NCBI GenBank assembly: GCA_904063045.1
Contig: CAJFCJ010000001.1
Location: 1,116,001-1,180,000, forward strand
Direction: 5' to 3'
DNA length: 64,000 nt
Source: Dimorphilus gyrociliatus
Taxonomy: Eukaryota > Animalia > Annelida
Below are positions 1 to 13,088 of the stretch, piece by piece (position 1 is the first letter of the stretch; each line of letters opens with the position of its first letter). The position numbers and the translations under genes are program-made. The notes under the pieces are model-generated. The model did no database searches and had not been told where the DNA came from. It worked only from the letters and a program-made list of their open reading frames with translations.

Positions 1-448
1 ATCTATTGGCAAAAAATTTATCTTTTTTTTTAAAATATAAAAACATTTGTTAATTACTTGTTTATGGTTTCTTTTCGGAAATGCATAAGGAAAAAAGAAA
101 CACATACGTTGAATTTAAGATAATATACACATAGACATACTATATATATATATATATATAATTCTGGTAGTAAATCAGCTTACGTTTTGCTTAAGTAGAA
201 AAGAATTATATCTCTTAATAAAGTATCAAAACGTTGTTAAATCTTTCTATCTAATTACTGATTAGAAATATTGTTATTATTAGAGAATATTTGCCCGAGA
301 AGCCCCACCGTCTTTTCGTTTTTAGTAGATGTAATCCTCCTCAAGCTTATTTTTGTATTTTCTCTCGAACTCCCTTTTTTCATTTCTGCCGTCTTCTCTT
401 GTCATATACAACCAAAGTAAACAGTTCACTATGCATTCTTATATACAG

Positions 449-479
449 TATACATATATATATATATATATATATATAT
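449..479. repeat. (TA)n microsatellite
   Basis: TA run; others at about 141-160, 10125-10141, 24798-24823, 25068-25090 and 27521-27551. Confidence 0.9.
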
Positions 480-850
480 CAAAAAAGTATTTATCAGTAT
501 TTAAAAAAACGATTGCCAATATGCAACATTCCATGATTGAATATTTTTTTAATATATATCTGCTTTAATGGCATAAAAACAGTGTTTACAACATTCTTTT
601 AGCACTGACTGATATTCTATGATTAAATTATAAGATATCATATTAAATATAAAGCAATTACGTAATCATTACTATATTAAAAATGGGAACTTGTTCAATC
701 TCTTCTTTCTACTCTTCCCTGTCTAGTTTGTTTTTTTTTTCAACCAATCAACAACTATCCTTTTATCTACCTTTTTTTTTCAACCCTTTTTCCTTATCTG
801 ACAAAATGCTCTAAATGATAATTGAAAAAGATTAAATTACAAATTTATAG

Positions 851-899
851 CTCTCTTTCTCTCTGTCTCTATCTCTCTCTCTCTCTCTCTTTCTCTCTA
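851..899. repeat. (CT)n-rich microsatellite
   Basis: Interrupted CT dinucleotide run; similar runs at about 1263-1286 and 25269-25306. Confidence 0.9.
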
Positions 900-1677
900 T
901 CCTACAAAATATAATATAAATCATAATCTAACAGCTGGTGTTATAGGAACTGGTAAGTTTTTTATTTTGATGAAAAAAAAGTTGGACATCAAATTTATTT
1001 TAATCAATTAAATACTTTTGTATACTAAAATTTCCACCTTAGAATATTTTAATCGATAAATATTCCCTCAACTTACAACCAGTTAATACTATTTATAGTT
1101 TTTTTTATTATTATTCTACTTTAGAGAAAGTCAACATTTAAAAGAGATAGTATGATAAATAAAAAATATCTATATTAAATAATCTATGTTAGTAGAAAGT
1201 TTGTAATTGTTTTTATCTTTAATATATTTTTTTCGATATCAGTTTCTAAAGAAGAGATAAGCCTCTCTCTTTCTCTCTCTCTCTCTGTCTAATTAACTTC
1301 GCAATGGTAATCATTTTTTTGCAAATAATCAAGTTGCACTATAATACTAAATGTATTTGTCTTTGCAAAAATTGTTCTTTCTTTTTTTTATCTTCCTCTG
1401 CAGTATCACATTGTTTTTATATTAAAAAAAAAAAAAAGAAAACAAGAATGCTACTACTTCTAATGAAACAAACAATTTTTTTGAAATTCATCCTAAAATC
1501 AAGAATTCATAAAAGTTTTGCAATAAGTCTATCGAATAAAAATCCTAAAAACAGTTTTTTTTAAAAATCTTCATAATTTTTTAAGTTTTTGCTTTTTTTT
1601 GTCGTTTTCTGTTTTTCTTGCGGACAATCCATCAGAGTAATGATGTCTTTGATTATTCATTCATCTATTAAGGAGGG

Positions 1678-2820
1678 TTATTTCGATACTTTACGTGATT
1701 TAGTGCCCGAAAATGCTTGATGAGTTGAGAAAGCTGTATGAATATGAAAAATATAAATATTTATGATAAGCCAATTGAACAAGATTCAAAAACGAAATTT
1801 TAGTAAGATTATTTCGTTTGTGGATTTCATTTAAATGGTAAGCTTTGTATTTTTAAGTATTTAAAAATGTAGTAGAGAAGCATTATATTACCTTTATAAA
1901 ACATGGCTATAATTTGTACACCGGATAATAATCGTCTTACGTCATTTTCAATCGAAGCTTTATCATGTAAATCAGCCCTAGTATTCCATATTTGAATAAT
2001 ATCATCATACTCTCTCGGACTTACGCTCAAACCCCCGATTTCGTCACCTGGATAATTGAAAAGTAGGTTAAATAGTAAAAAAATAAAATCTGTATTAAAA
2101 TAGAAATTTAAGCTACCTTCGTTTATGAACTCGGTCAGCTGTTCTCCTATAGCGGCAACTAATAACTCTTTCCAAATTCTAGGCTGTTAAATATGAATTG
2201 ATATTGGAAAGATGGATTAATTTGTATATCTTGGTAATTACAGTATCTCTTTTATGACTCTTTATCCTCCAATTCCCTCCCCTACAGTTCTGTTCGTCTT
2301 CCCTTGAATGAAAAAAGTCTTAAAGAAATTAATTTCCCATAAAGGATTAGCTTACCACATAGGTCTCCTCGTTCCTCTCATCAAGTGATAGGTATACTTC
2401 TCTTTCAACTGCCTTACGTCTTTTATGTGATTGAATACACTCCAAAAGGTCTATTAGAAAAAAAAAATAATAATAGATAATGCACAATAAAAATAATATC
2501 TAATAATTTGAACTCGTACCTGAACAGTTTCGACTGTGTAAATTTTTACTAAAGACGCCTCAAATTCATCGGCGTTTGCTCCTTTTACCGATCTGCAAGT
2601 CATTTATAATTTACGACCTTGGAACATTGAACACTAGGATGTCCCAAATATAATACAAATTTTGGTAAGATCTTTCTCACCTATCTAACCAAAATGTCCA
2701 AGCAGTATTCAATGGTACAGCATCATTGTTCGCTCCATCATCTTCTATTTCTTTCAACTTTTCAACTGGAAAAACAGTTTCTTCGTCATTTTCATGGATT
2801 TCCTCTTTTTCTTCTTCCAT
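1678..2820 (-). CDS. EIF4E3: Eukaryotic translation initiation factor 4E type 3 (class III eIF4E), 7 exons
   Basis: Spliced by eye across GT-AG introns: MEEEKEE…VPLNTAWTFWLDR|SVKGANADEFEASLVKIYTVETVQ|TFWSVFNHI…YHLMRGTRRPMW|EDEQNCRGGNWRIK…|PRIWKELLVAAIGEQL…|GDEIGGLSVSPRE…|AFSTHQAFSGTKSRKVSK*. This matches eIF4E3 motifs. Confidence 0.92.
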
Positions 2821-2953
2821 TCTTCTCCTCTCAGCAGATTACAATCACGTGACCATCTATTTGGAGCGACGTCTGTAATTTGTTTACGAAAAACTACTAA
2901 ACGACTGTAACGCCATCTGAAAGTTGTTATAACGTCTACGTGTCGATAGAGCC

Positions 2954-4826
2954 ATGAAGTTCAAAATTGGTTACATTTGTTTTTTTCTAATTTGCTTTGT
3001 TAAAGCTGAAGAAGTTTGTGAAAGTCCTGATTCATGTAAAACAGAAAATACATCCGAATCTCACGAAAAATCAAAATATACCGCAAATGGTATTCAATTT
3101 TCAACAAATTCTTTCATTCGTATTTTTCATTTAAAGTGCTTGTTTTTTTCCCAAATTAGAACAAAAGTGGTCAAAATATATCAATAAAATAAATGAAGCC
3201 TTGAAGAATTATAATGATTGCACCTCTGAAGACTGTTCATGCTATTTTCCGTAAGTTTCATTACTTAGAAAATGTAAAATGAGCCGGTTGATATTAAATA
3301 AGTATTATTTTACTGTCTAACAATTAGGAAAAACATCAAAATTTGTGACAAAAATTTCAAATATGTTCTTTAAATTTTAGTTTGTTCATTCAAAGAGTAA
3401 ATTCTATTCATTTCCATCCTAGAACATTAGAAGAAGATTTGGATCCATTTAAGAATGGTATTACAAGGGAAGATTTAGCCAAAGGCGGGGATAGAGGAAT
3501 GAAATATCAAATTGTAAATCATAAACTCTACAGACAATCAGACTGTATGTTCCCATTTCGTTGTAGCGGAGTTGAACATTTCATATTGAAAATAATTAAA
3601 AAACTGCCCGATATGGAATTTAAACTGAACGTTCACGATTATCCAATGACTTATAAGTATCCCGGTTCAGAACCTGCACCAATATTTTCCTTTAGTAAAA
3701 TAGTAAGTAAAAAAAAAGTAATGGAAAAAAGATATTTATGATTTGAAAATCTGTTGAAAAGTTTTTACTTTTTCTTTTTATCAACACTCTTTTTATGTAG
3801 GCTACAAGCCATGCTGATATTATGTATCCGGCATGGACTTTTTGGGAAGGAGGACCAGCAGTTTGGCCTATTTATCCAACTGGCTTGGGTAGATGGGATC
3901 AACAAAGGGAGCTAATTCCAAAAAAGGCCAAGAAATTTCCATGGGAAAAAAAAGAAAGCATTGCTTTCTTTCGTGGCTCCAGAACTAGTGCAGAACGTGA
4001 TCCTCTAGTCCTCCTCTCCCGAGATAAGCCCAACTTGGCCGATGCCCAATATACAAAAAATCAAGCTTGGAAATCTTCTGAAGTAAGAATTTAACGTATA
4101 CTTTTTTGTATATCTTCTACAAGTAGAATTTTTAGGACACGTTACACCGTGAACCAGCTAAAGAAATACCATTGGATGAACACTGTAAATACAAGTACGG
4201 CCTATAAAATCTCTTAACAAGCATTACAGGAGAACATTATGTTACTTACTATTTTTTTTTGGTAGATATTTATTCAACTTTCGAGGAGTGGCTGCTTCTT
4301 TTCGATTCAAGCATTTATTTCTTTGTAAATCTCTCGTCTTCCATGTTGGTGACGAATGGCAGGAATTTTTCTACCAGACAATGAAGCCATGGGTTCATTA
4401 CATTCCCGTCAGTACAGACCTAAAAGAAGCTGAGTAAGAATTTAATATTATTTCTCCTCAAAAAAAAAACCTATTTATAAAATAAGATTCGTGAAAGTTT
4501 TAATAAAAAGAAATTTTCTACCAAACAGAGAATTAATTAACTTTGTCAAAGAAAATGACAAAATCGCAAAAGAAATAGCCAACAGGTGAACAATTGATAT
4601 TCATAGAATTTTTTTTTATACACAATTACTATTACAATAACGTTCTAACTATATTTATATGTATATTTCGTTTTTCTTTAACAGAGGTTACGAATTTATA
4701 TGGAATCATTTAAGAATGGAAGATATAGAATGTTATTGGGAAAAACTATTAAAAAGATACGCTAAACTTTTAAAATTTAAAGTTAAATTGGATTCTTCTC
4801 TCATAAGAATTACTAAAAACAATTAA
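2954..4826 (+). CDS. POGLUT1: Protein O-glucosyltransferase 1 (Rumi/KTELC1, CAP10 domain), multi-exon
   Basis: Signal peptide, then CSCY…[38 protein letters not shown] and [20 protein letters not shown]. The spliced frame ends …ITKNN* at 4824-4826. Confidence 0.93.
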
Positions 4827-5188
4827 AATATCTAATTATCTCACTACAACGATTAGATAGTCTTTCAAATGAACAGATTAACTAGAAGCCCGAAAAGTGA
4901 TAATACGGTTACATATATTTTTTTGAAGATGTTTCAAATTTATTTAAAATGGTTAATATAACTTTTCATAAGATTAATGAATATTTACATTAATTTGATC
5001 ATCCTCTTTTGTCACAAATAAACATTTAATAATGCAAATAACTTTGTTGTAAATTAATTTTTCAGTAGTAATTAAGTTTTCTTACGGTAGAAAAGTATAA
5101 ATTCACGATTGAATAATTCGGTAATTAATGATAATTAATTATTCATTATCTGGAGAACGCCACCTAACTGCGATAGCAAGGGTATTTT

Positions 5189-5202
5189 GTTACCCAGGTA
5201 AC
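5189..5202. promoter_or_regulatory. RFX X-box (GTTACC-CA-GGTAAC)
   Basis: Perfect inverted half-sites matching GTNRCC-N(0-3)-RGYAAC, about 110 bp upstream of the CNG channel ATG. Confidence 0.7.
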
Positions 5203-5311
5203 GAGAAACTAACCTGATCAATAAGATTTACATATTGTCTACCTGTAGCCATTCGTATGCATTATAAATAGTTGGAGTTGTACAAGAGAACAAGAAACTA
5301 TTCTGAAAAAT

Positions 5312-8300
5312 ATGGATAGTCAACAGCCTATAATAAAAATTCAAGAAGGAAGTTTGTATTTACTGTTTCACTAAGTTTGAAATATAATTAGGGTTATTTA
5401 AATTTAGCGGAGAAAGGACAAGTCAATCCTGCTTACGAAGAAGATGAAGATGATATAACTTTTGGGCCGCAATTTCCTCGAGGGCGAAGTGTTTCTCGCT
5501 TAGAATTTGATGATCCGCCTGAAATTCATGACCCCGTAAACGGTCAGCACAACCTAGAAGTGCCAGAAGGTATTAATTTTTTCCGTCTAAGGTTTCGTCC
5601 AAATTGATTACAAGATGCCAGTCGGTGAAATGTCAAAGCGACGAGCATCGAGTTTCGAACGTTTCGAAATGATGGAACTCACTAGACCCCTAATTTCAGT
5701 TGAACCCGGTGGAAGATTGAGCATCAGAACCAGTAGTACAAGTTCTGGAAAAGAAACTCTCGCTTTACCAAGTTTACTTTCTGCAAGATCCAGCTTCTCT
5801 GTGTTTGATAATGAAGATGACGAAGTGTGAGATATTGTCTTGAAAATAATAAAAAATAATTTCATCCTACGCTTCTAATTATTTTTCTCATTTTTAAGTT
5901 CCTTTTGTCTTCTTTTACAGCAGTCACTCTGCAGTCTCATCAGCACTGAGTGAAAAATTAAAAGATCTTGTTCGAAAATTCGAAAATCGTACTGAGCGTT
6001 TTAAAGAAAAAACTCTTCAACCTCCTACACCGTCAACTAGCCCAGACGCTAAATCAGCTATTTCAAATGTTTCCAGTAATGCAGAATTGGATGTTCCTCA
6101 AGCTCGTGGGCGACTTTCATCAATCTTTACTGCAGTTAGCTCTAATTCCGGAGCTGATGACGCAATGAAAGAACAAAAGTACATCGGATCAGGAAAATTT
6201 CGAATAAAAGTACCAAAATTCCTATATAAAATATACTTCTTTCTCTTTCTGAAAACAATTGATCCGCAAAGTAAGTGCTATAGTTGTCTTTTGATTTATA
6301 TCATATCCAGTTTCTCTTTACCTACTAGATAAACTCTATTATATTTGGTTGCTAATAGTGACTGTAGCGTTTATGTATAACTGTTTGGTAATGACTCTTA
6401 GGGCAGCTTTCAAAAGAGGCTATTATTACGACGATGGCTCTTATATGCGATACCGAACAACATGCGATCCGTTAAATAAAACCAATTGTTCAACAATTCT
6501 TGAAAATTTACCTCTTCCCTTCCATGAAGGATATGAAACAGACGAGAATCGCATATACTGGTGGCTTGGAGATTATTTTTGTGATTTTTTATATCTTATG
6601 GATATACTCTTTGTAAAATCAAGAATTCGATTTGTTAAAAATGGTTTAGTTCAAGTAAATTTCCTATTTTTATAGATATTCACTCCACTTTTTTAACTAT
6701 ACCTTTACGGCTAATTTATTTTTTTTTTGTGTTAAATATAGCAAGATCGAAAGGAATGTGCAAAACATTATTTTAAGAAGATCAACTTTAAAGTAGGTTT
6801 ATTTTTATGTATTTTAGTTTTTTTTTTAATACAATATTTAAAAAAAATGTGGGAAATGATTAATATCCAGTATATGTTTTTAACACTAAAAGATGGATAT
6901 ATTATGCCTTACACCAACCGATTTATTCTACTTTGTTCCTGCGTTCGATTATAACCCTTTACTAAGATTTCCTCGAATGTTAAAGGTATGGATTAAGTTT
7001 TTTTCTCAATTCTAAAATAAATTACAATGGAAAATTTTCATAAGATTCACACTTTTTGGGATTTTTTCGACCGAATGGATCAAGCAGCAAGATCAGCTCA
7101 TATCGTAAGAGTTATTAGAACTTTGACGTATATGGTTTTCCTTATACACATTGAGGCATGTGGCTATTACTCTATGTCCGCCTATGAAGGCTTGAAGCGA
7201 AATGCTTGGGTGTACGATGCTGAAGGAGTAGCTTATATAAGATGCATCTATCTCGCCACAAAAACTGCAACATCCATAGGAAATAATCCCAGACCTGTTA
7301 ATAAAGAAGAATGGGTGTTTATGACTTTCTATTGGCTATCAGGCGTTTTTGTTTTCGCTATTCTTATAGGACAAATTCGAGATATATTTCAGTCAGCAGG
7401 ATACGCTAAAACGTACTATAGAAAAAGTATGGATCAAACAATTCAATATATGAAAACGTTAAACTTACCTAAGGAATTACAAGATCGCGTAAGGATGTGG
7501 TTCAATTATAATTGGGAACATCAAAAAACTCTGAACGAAAACTTTCTTTTGGAAGCTTTACCGAAAAAGATGAAAGCTGATCTAGCGATTCATGTTCACT
7601 ATGACATACTTAGTAAAGTGTCATTGTTTCAGGATTGCGACAAGAATTTGTTATACGACCTTGTGCTCAAGCTACAACCACAGCTTTTCCTTCCCAACGA
7701 TTATATTTGTCGTAAAGGAGAAGTTGGAACGGAAATGTATATTGTTATGAGTGGAATCATTGAAGTTGTAGGGGGGCCAAACAATAATACTGTATTCGCC
7801 ACATTACAATCTGGTTCAGGTGCGTAATTCAGCCTAATATATAAATATTGATAATACATTATTGATTGAAAATTATTTAGGCAATTAGCAATTAAATTGT
7901 TTAATTTCAGTATTTGGTGAAATATCCCTCCTGGCTTTGGCAGGTGGAAACAGGCGGACAGCAGATGTTCGTTCAAAAGGTTTTTCTCAACTTTTTATAT
8001 TATGCAAAGCGGATTTCGAAGAAGCCATGATGGATTACCCGACTGCTTTAAAAATTCTAAAGAAAAGAGCAAGAAGGAAAATTGCTGCTAATGCTAAACA
8101 TGAAAAAAAGGCTAAGGGTAAAGATGAGGGCGATAAAATGATAAGCGAAGAGGTTATTAAATCTAGACCTGATACTCCAAAATTGCTTAAAACAGTCGTA
8201 AGGATGGTTGAACCAAATTCAAAAGTCATAGATATGCTATCAAGTGGTATGAAAAAATCAACAGAGAAACAAAACGAAAAGAAAGACGAAATACCAGACG

Positions 8301-8749
8301 ACGATGATGAAATTTTGGTTGTAGAACAAACAGAAATCCCCATCAAAGGTGAAAAAAATTCAGACGATTCAGGTGTTGCAGACGAACCGGAAACTGATTC
8401 AAAGAGACCGCCAAGTCAAATATCATTTCACAGCGAAACCGTTTCAATACTAAATCAAACGGAGTCACCTCCACCCCCAGTGATACATATTGAATCGGAA
8501 CCATCGAAACCACCATCAGGAAAACGAAGATGTAATAAAGTCATGCCAGAATCTAATGACAACGATATCAAACCATTATCTAAACCGTCTATTATACCTC
8601 CCGTAAAAAATTGCACAGTCACGCACGAAGCGTTGATACATAGGGAGAGAACGCCTAATGCTGATGACCTATTAAATGAAATTTTCGAACAGGGCTTAAA
8701 CAAAGATCAAAAAGTTGGTGAAACGAAAAATGGTGAAACCCCTCTCTAG
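5312..8749 (+). CDS. CNGB: Cyclic-nucleotide-gated channel beta subunit (CNGB/TAX-2-like), multi-exon; 5' exon structure uncertain
   Basis: LKDLVRKFENRTERFKEK N-terminal motif typical of CNGB, pore YIRCIYLATKTATSIGNNPRP lacking the CNGA glutamate, C-linker, and CNBD (ICRKGEVGTEMYIV…FGEISLLALAGGNRRTADV). Confidence 0.9.
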
Positions 8750-11191
8750 TAGGACCTTAACTTGGTATTATGTAATAACAAAAAGACCATATTTTACTAT
8801 CATTATATTTTTTCTATGATCATGTTATAAATAAAAAAAGCTTAAATTTTACCAATCAATATTTTACTCAATACTGACCATTTTAGGTTCTTCAACCGAT
8901 ATTGAACAATAGGCTTAAAACGTTTCTTGATACTAATTGAAACGACAAAGATAAAATGCTTAAAAAATTAAAACTACTAATTGCTGTTAGTTTTTATAAA
9001 CTAGTGAAATTCATACGGAAAAAAATGTCTTTTATCATAAATATCGTAAATTAAACAATATAAATAAGAATTAAAATGAAATAGATACATTTTAAATGAC
9101 CATACCATATTTTTACCATTAGTTTTCTTTTTAAACGTATACACTTCCAAAGAAAGCTTTCATATAAGTCTATCTTTTTTCCACTTTTGACTTCTTTCCG
9201 CCAAAGACGTAAACATTACAAAGAATATATTTGTCATACCTGCAATTCTATTCCCTTTTTAAAATGTCACATTTCTTGCTATGTTATTATAATTTTTTTT
9301 TTCTTTTTTCTGTCTTTTCTAGTTCAAATATAATATACGCGTATGACTTTAATATATAACTGGTTCATAGCATCCATGAATACATACATATAAATACATT
9401 TAAGAATATAACGTCTATATTATATAATTTAATCCCAAAACAATAAATGATAGATTATATATGGCATAAACTGCAGAAAGGAGAAAATTCGTTTTTTTTC
9501 TGCCATATCCTCATCGATTTTCCATAAGAAAAAAAAATGATTATTAATATTCATATTGTTCAATCAAGTTATATTAAGGAATTATTAATTGAATCTGTTT
9601 TTATGTACCATTTTGTAATTTTACAACTAACCAAGAAAAAGATCTTTTCATCTTTTCTCCTTGAAAACCATATTTAAGAGATTAAATGTAAAAAACAACT
9701 CAAGTAAACTCAAATTACGTAATTAATCAGGTGAAGTTTGAATAGTTCAAAGCTTTTTGTATACAAGATAAAAACTCTTTAATTATCAGAGTATACCTTT
9801 GAATGTTTTTGAGTTTCGGTATGTGAAATTTCTTTCATGTAAATATACAATAAATCTAGAATATGAAGGATTTTTATACGACTTAATTATCAAAAGATTT
9901 AAAGGAGTTTATACGTTAATTAAAGTTAATATATACAAAGTTTATTTGATTAATCATGAGAAAATAAAACGATTTAGTTCACTTTACCTAATGCCAATGT
10001 TTATAAGTTTAATGTTATAAATATCTTAAAAAAAGGAGATAAATTCACGAAAAATATTCTCTTTCCATAAGATATATTTACTGAAACATTCCATAACTGG
10101 GACAACTATTTTATATATACTGTATATATATATATATATATGCTTCCCCCTTTGTTCTCATTCCTCTTCTTTTCTTTTATTTTACATAAGAAAATTGTGA
10201 AAATCAGTAATAATATAATGATATAAACACATAGTCTATGAATTGTAGCTTCAATATACAATTCAATCATCCTTTGTTATTTTGTAAATTCATTTCATTT
10301 TTCGTTTCAGCTATTCTATTTTGTTTTGATTTTTAATTGTAATATAAGTTCGAAGTATATGTAATATAAATTATCGACGACTCTTTCCATATATAAACAA
10401 ACCCCCAAAATTAATATAATAGTTTACATCATTTACCAAATCAAGACAAAACATTACCAACAACAAGATACAGTTCGCTTCGTTACTATGAAAACTGTCT
10501 ATAGTATATCAATAGTTGTGATAAGTTAATTTCTTGAAAAAAAGTACTGATTAATGTTTAATTAATGAATACCAGTACTTTTAGTTGTGAAATCAATCAG
10601 AATTCTTATTTAAAATACTGTTAAACCCTATAGAAATTGGACGTATAAATACTAGAAATGGCTGCCACAGCGCCGTAGATTGTGCTACCGGCATCGTCAA
10701 AAAATTGGATTTATTACTCATTAACAAACGAAATATCAAAACTTTAATAATTGAAACTATGTATCGAATATTTATCTATATATTTAGTAAATTATTTTTC
10801 AAAAATCTTCTCAACAACTTTATCTATTCGATTAATTTGTTGGCTAGCTGATGAAAACTCGAGGGACATTCGGAATAAAATCGCTTACAATTCCAGTATT
10901 TTTTACTTTCTAAATAATTTTTTTTGAAAAAGTGATAAATTAATATCCTAAGAATCGTATTTGATTGATAACTCTCCAAAAAATTGAATATTAACGAGAA
11001 AAATGGAATGAAAAATCATCTTATCGAACACAAATGTCGAACGAATCACGTTCTCGTTAGAAAATTCTTGGCTGTATATTTCGACCAATCAGCGACGAGT
11101 ATCCTTCGCGCTTAAATAAGCGCTTTGGAACATTTCTTCCTCACTCTGTTGTTTTCACTCGTTCAGACTTACTCAAGTTACGTTCTCGAAA

Positions 11192-11746
11192 ATGTCGGCC
11201 GAAGGATCATCCCCAGCTACCCCAAAGCAACAAAAAAAGAAGGCACCAAAAGCCGCTAAACCGAAAAAGGTTGCCTCCCATCCGAAATACTCTGTAATGA
11301 TCGGAGCAGCTCTTAGCGCTCTGAAGGAAAGAAATGGCTCATCCAGGCAAGCAATTTTAAAGTACATCATGGCGAACTACAGCGTTGGTGATGAAAAAAC
11401 TGCTAACAATCACCTGAAGTTAGCACTAAGAGCTGGAGTGAAGAATAATAGTCTCAAACAATCCAAGGGAACTGGTGCATCTGGTTCATTCAAACTTGCC
11501 GATAAGGTGAAAGGAGAAAAACCGAAAAAAGCAAAGAAGGAGCCAGCAGAAAAGAAGAAGAAAGTTACTAAGAAAGCTGAGAGTTCACCTAAGAAAACGG
11601 AAGCGAAAAAGAAGCCCGCCGCAAAGAAACCAAAAGAAGCCAAGCCTAAGAAGGCCCCCGTGAAAAAATCTCCGGCAAAGAAAGCTAAGGCCCCGAAGAA
11701 GACGGCAAAAAAACCAGCAGCAAAAAAAGCAGCCGCTAAGAAGTAG
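11192..11746 (+). CDS. H1: Linker histone H1, H1.0/H5-like (replication-independent type), intronless
   Basis: Globular domain HPKYSVMI…GSSRQAILKYI…LKQSKGTGASGSFKL plus a Lys/Ala/Pro-rich tail. A CCAAT box (~11086) and TATA-like element lie upstream; AATAAA is at 11922. Confidence 0.96.
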   Translation: MSAEGSSPATPKQQKKKAPKAAKPKKVASHPKYSVMIGAALSALKERNGSSRQAILKYIMANYSVGDEKTANNHLKLALRAGVKNNSLKQSKGTGASGSFKLADKVKGEKPKKAKKEPAEKKKKVTKKAESSPKKTEAKKKPAAKKPKEAKPKKAPVKKSPAKKAKAPKKTAKKPAAKKAAAKK

Positions 11747-12092
11747 ACATGAAATAATCACTTGTACATAAAAGACTGTTATTTACATATTGTATATAAA
11801 ATGTACAATGCATGCATATATTCAACTATATTCATGTATATAGATATTATGTATTCTTTATTTAAGTATAGTCAGAACCCGAGCTCTGCCATAACTGTTT
11901 AATAAGAGTTAAACCAATAATAATAAAGAGCGATTAAACTACTTTGGAGACACTTGATTTCTTTTTTAACGATCAAACCAAAAATATGCTTTGATCATAC
12001 CTCGTGGTAAAAGTACTCAATAACGCGTAACTGATGAAATTATCACAGTTTATTCGAAAATGAACATACAATAACTTTCAAGTTAATATTAT

Positions 12093-13088
12093 TCAAAATG
12101 GCGGTAAACCAAACTCTTCAGGAGCAAATTCTTGAAGAGAATTCAAAATCAAATTAACACCCTTCAGCGGTTGTTCCCAATCAGATTTGCTAACGTTCGA
12201 ATCGGGTATCCAAACGCATTTCATACCTGCTGCTAAAGCTGATTGAACTCCATTAGGAGCGTCCTCAAAAACAAGAACCTGATGGAATTCAATTGTCATG
12301 CAGATTAAAAAGAATATTTTTCTTTACCTGTTTATTATCTTGAGGTGGATTTTTGAATCTCTTAGCTGCAACTAAAAATACATCAGGTGCTGGTTTCCCT
12401 TTATGTACTTCAGGATCAGACGAGGCTAGAACCTCATGATGAAATAGATCGAAAAGTTCGCCATGATTTTGGCGTTTTAAAGCATAACTATAACTATTTG
12501 AACCGGTGGCAACTGCAATAGGAATTTTATGCTTGTGTAGATGTCTTATCAGCTTTTCAGCACCTTATAATGAAAGCCCATGTTAAAATGATAAGAACAC
12601 ATAAACCTCTGACCAATTAATACCTGGCAATAATTCAGCCTTTGGAAATAGTCTAGATTGTCCTTCATGCATGTGCTTTAGATATTCTTCAACAGTAATA
12701 GGCAGATTTAACTCATCTAAAAGGATGAAAATTATTTTGTGGTCGTGTTAAATACATGAAAATCATTAAATCTTGATCAAATACAATCAAGATAAAGAAA
12801 GCGCAGCGAGAATTAAAACACAATATTACTAACCAATGGCCACTTTTGCAGCTTCCTGTTCCTGTTTTCCCATTTGTTTCAATTTCAAGTCCCATGTAAA
12901 TTTTTTATTATATTTTTCTAGCATCTCTTCTAGTATAAGAGTATATAACTTCTCCGTATCTACCAAAATTAATTTATTATCGCTCAGGAAAATTCATGAC
13001 AATGTTAAAAGCAACATTCATTTAAATAGAACAAACCTAGAATAAGACCATCTACATCAAAAATTACATGTGATATTTTATTATCCAT
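12093..13088 (-). CDS. PUDP: Pseudouridine-5'-phosphatase (HAD family, HDHD1), 5 exons
   Basis: MDNKISHVIFDVDGLILDTE (HAD motif I), IPIAVATGS, GKPAPDVF, VLVFEDAPNGV. Confidence 0.92.

Noticed and set aside
291-1564. ORFs 291-536, 353-568 and 1304-1564
   Set aside because: They run through (TA)n or poly-A low-complexity tracts and show no protein-like motifs.
8750-11040. Possible hidden gene between the CNG channel and H1 (ORF 9799-10020; exon-like piece near 9240-9280)
   Set aside because: All frames close quickly, the composition is intergenic-like, and no consistent exon chain could be built.
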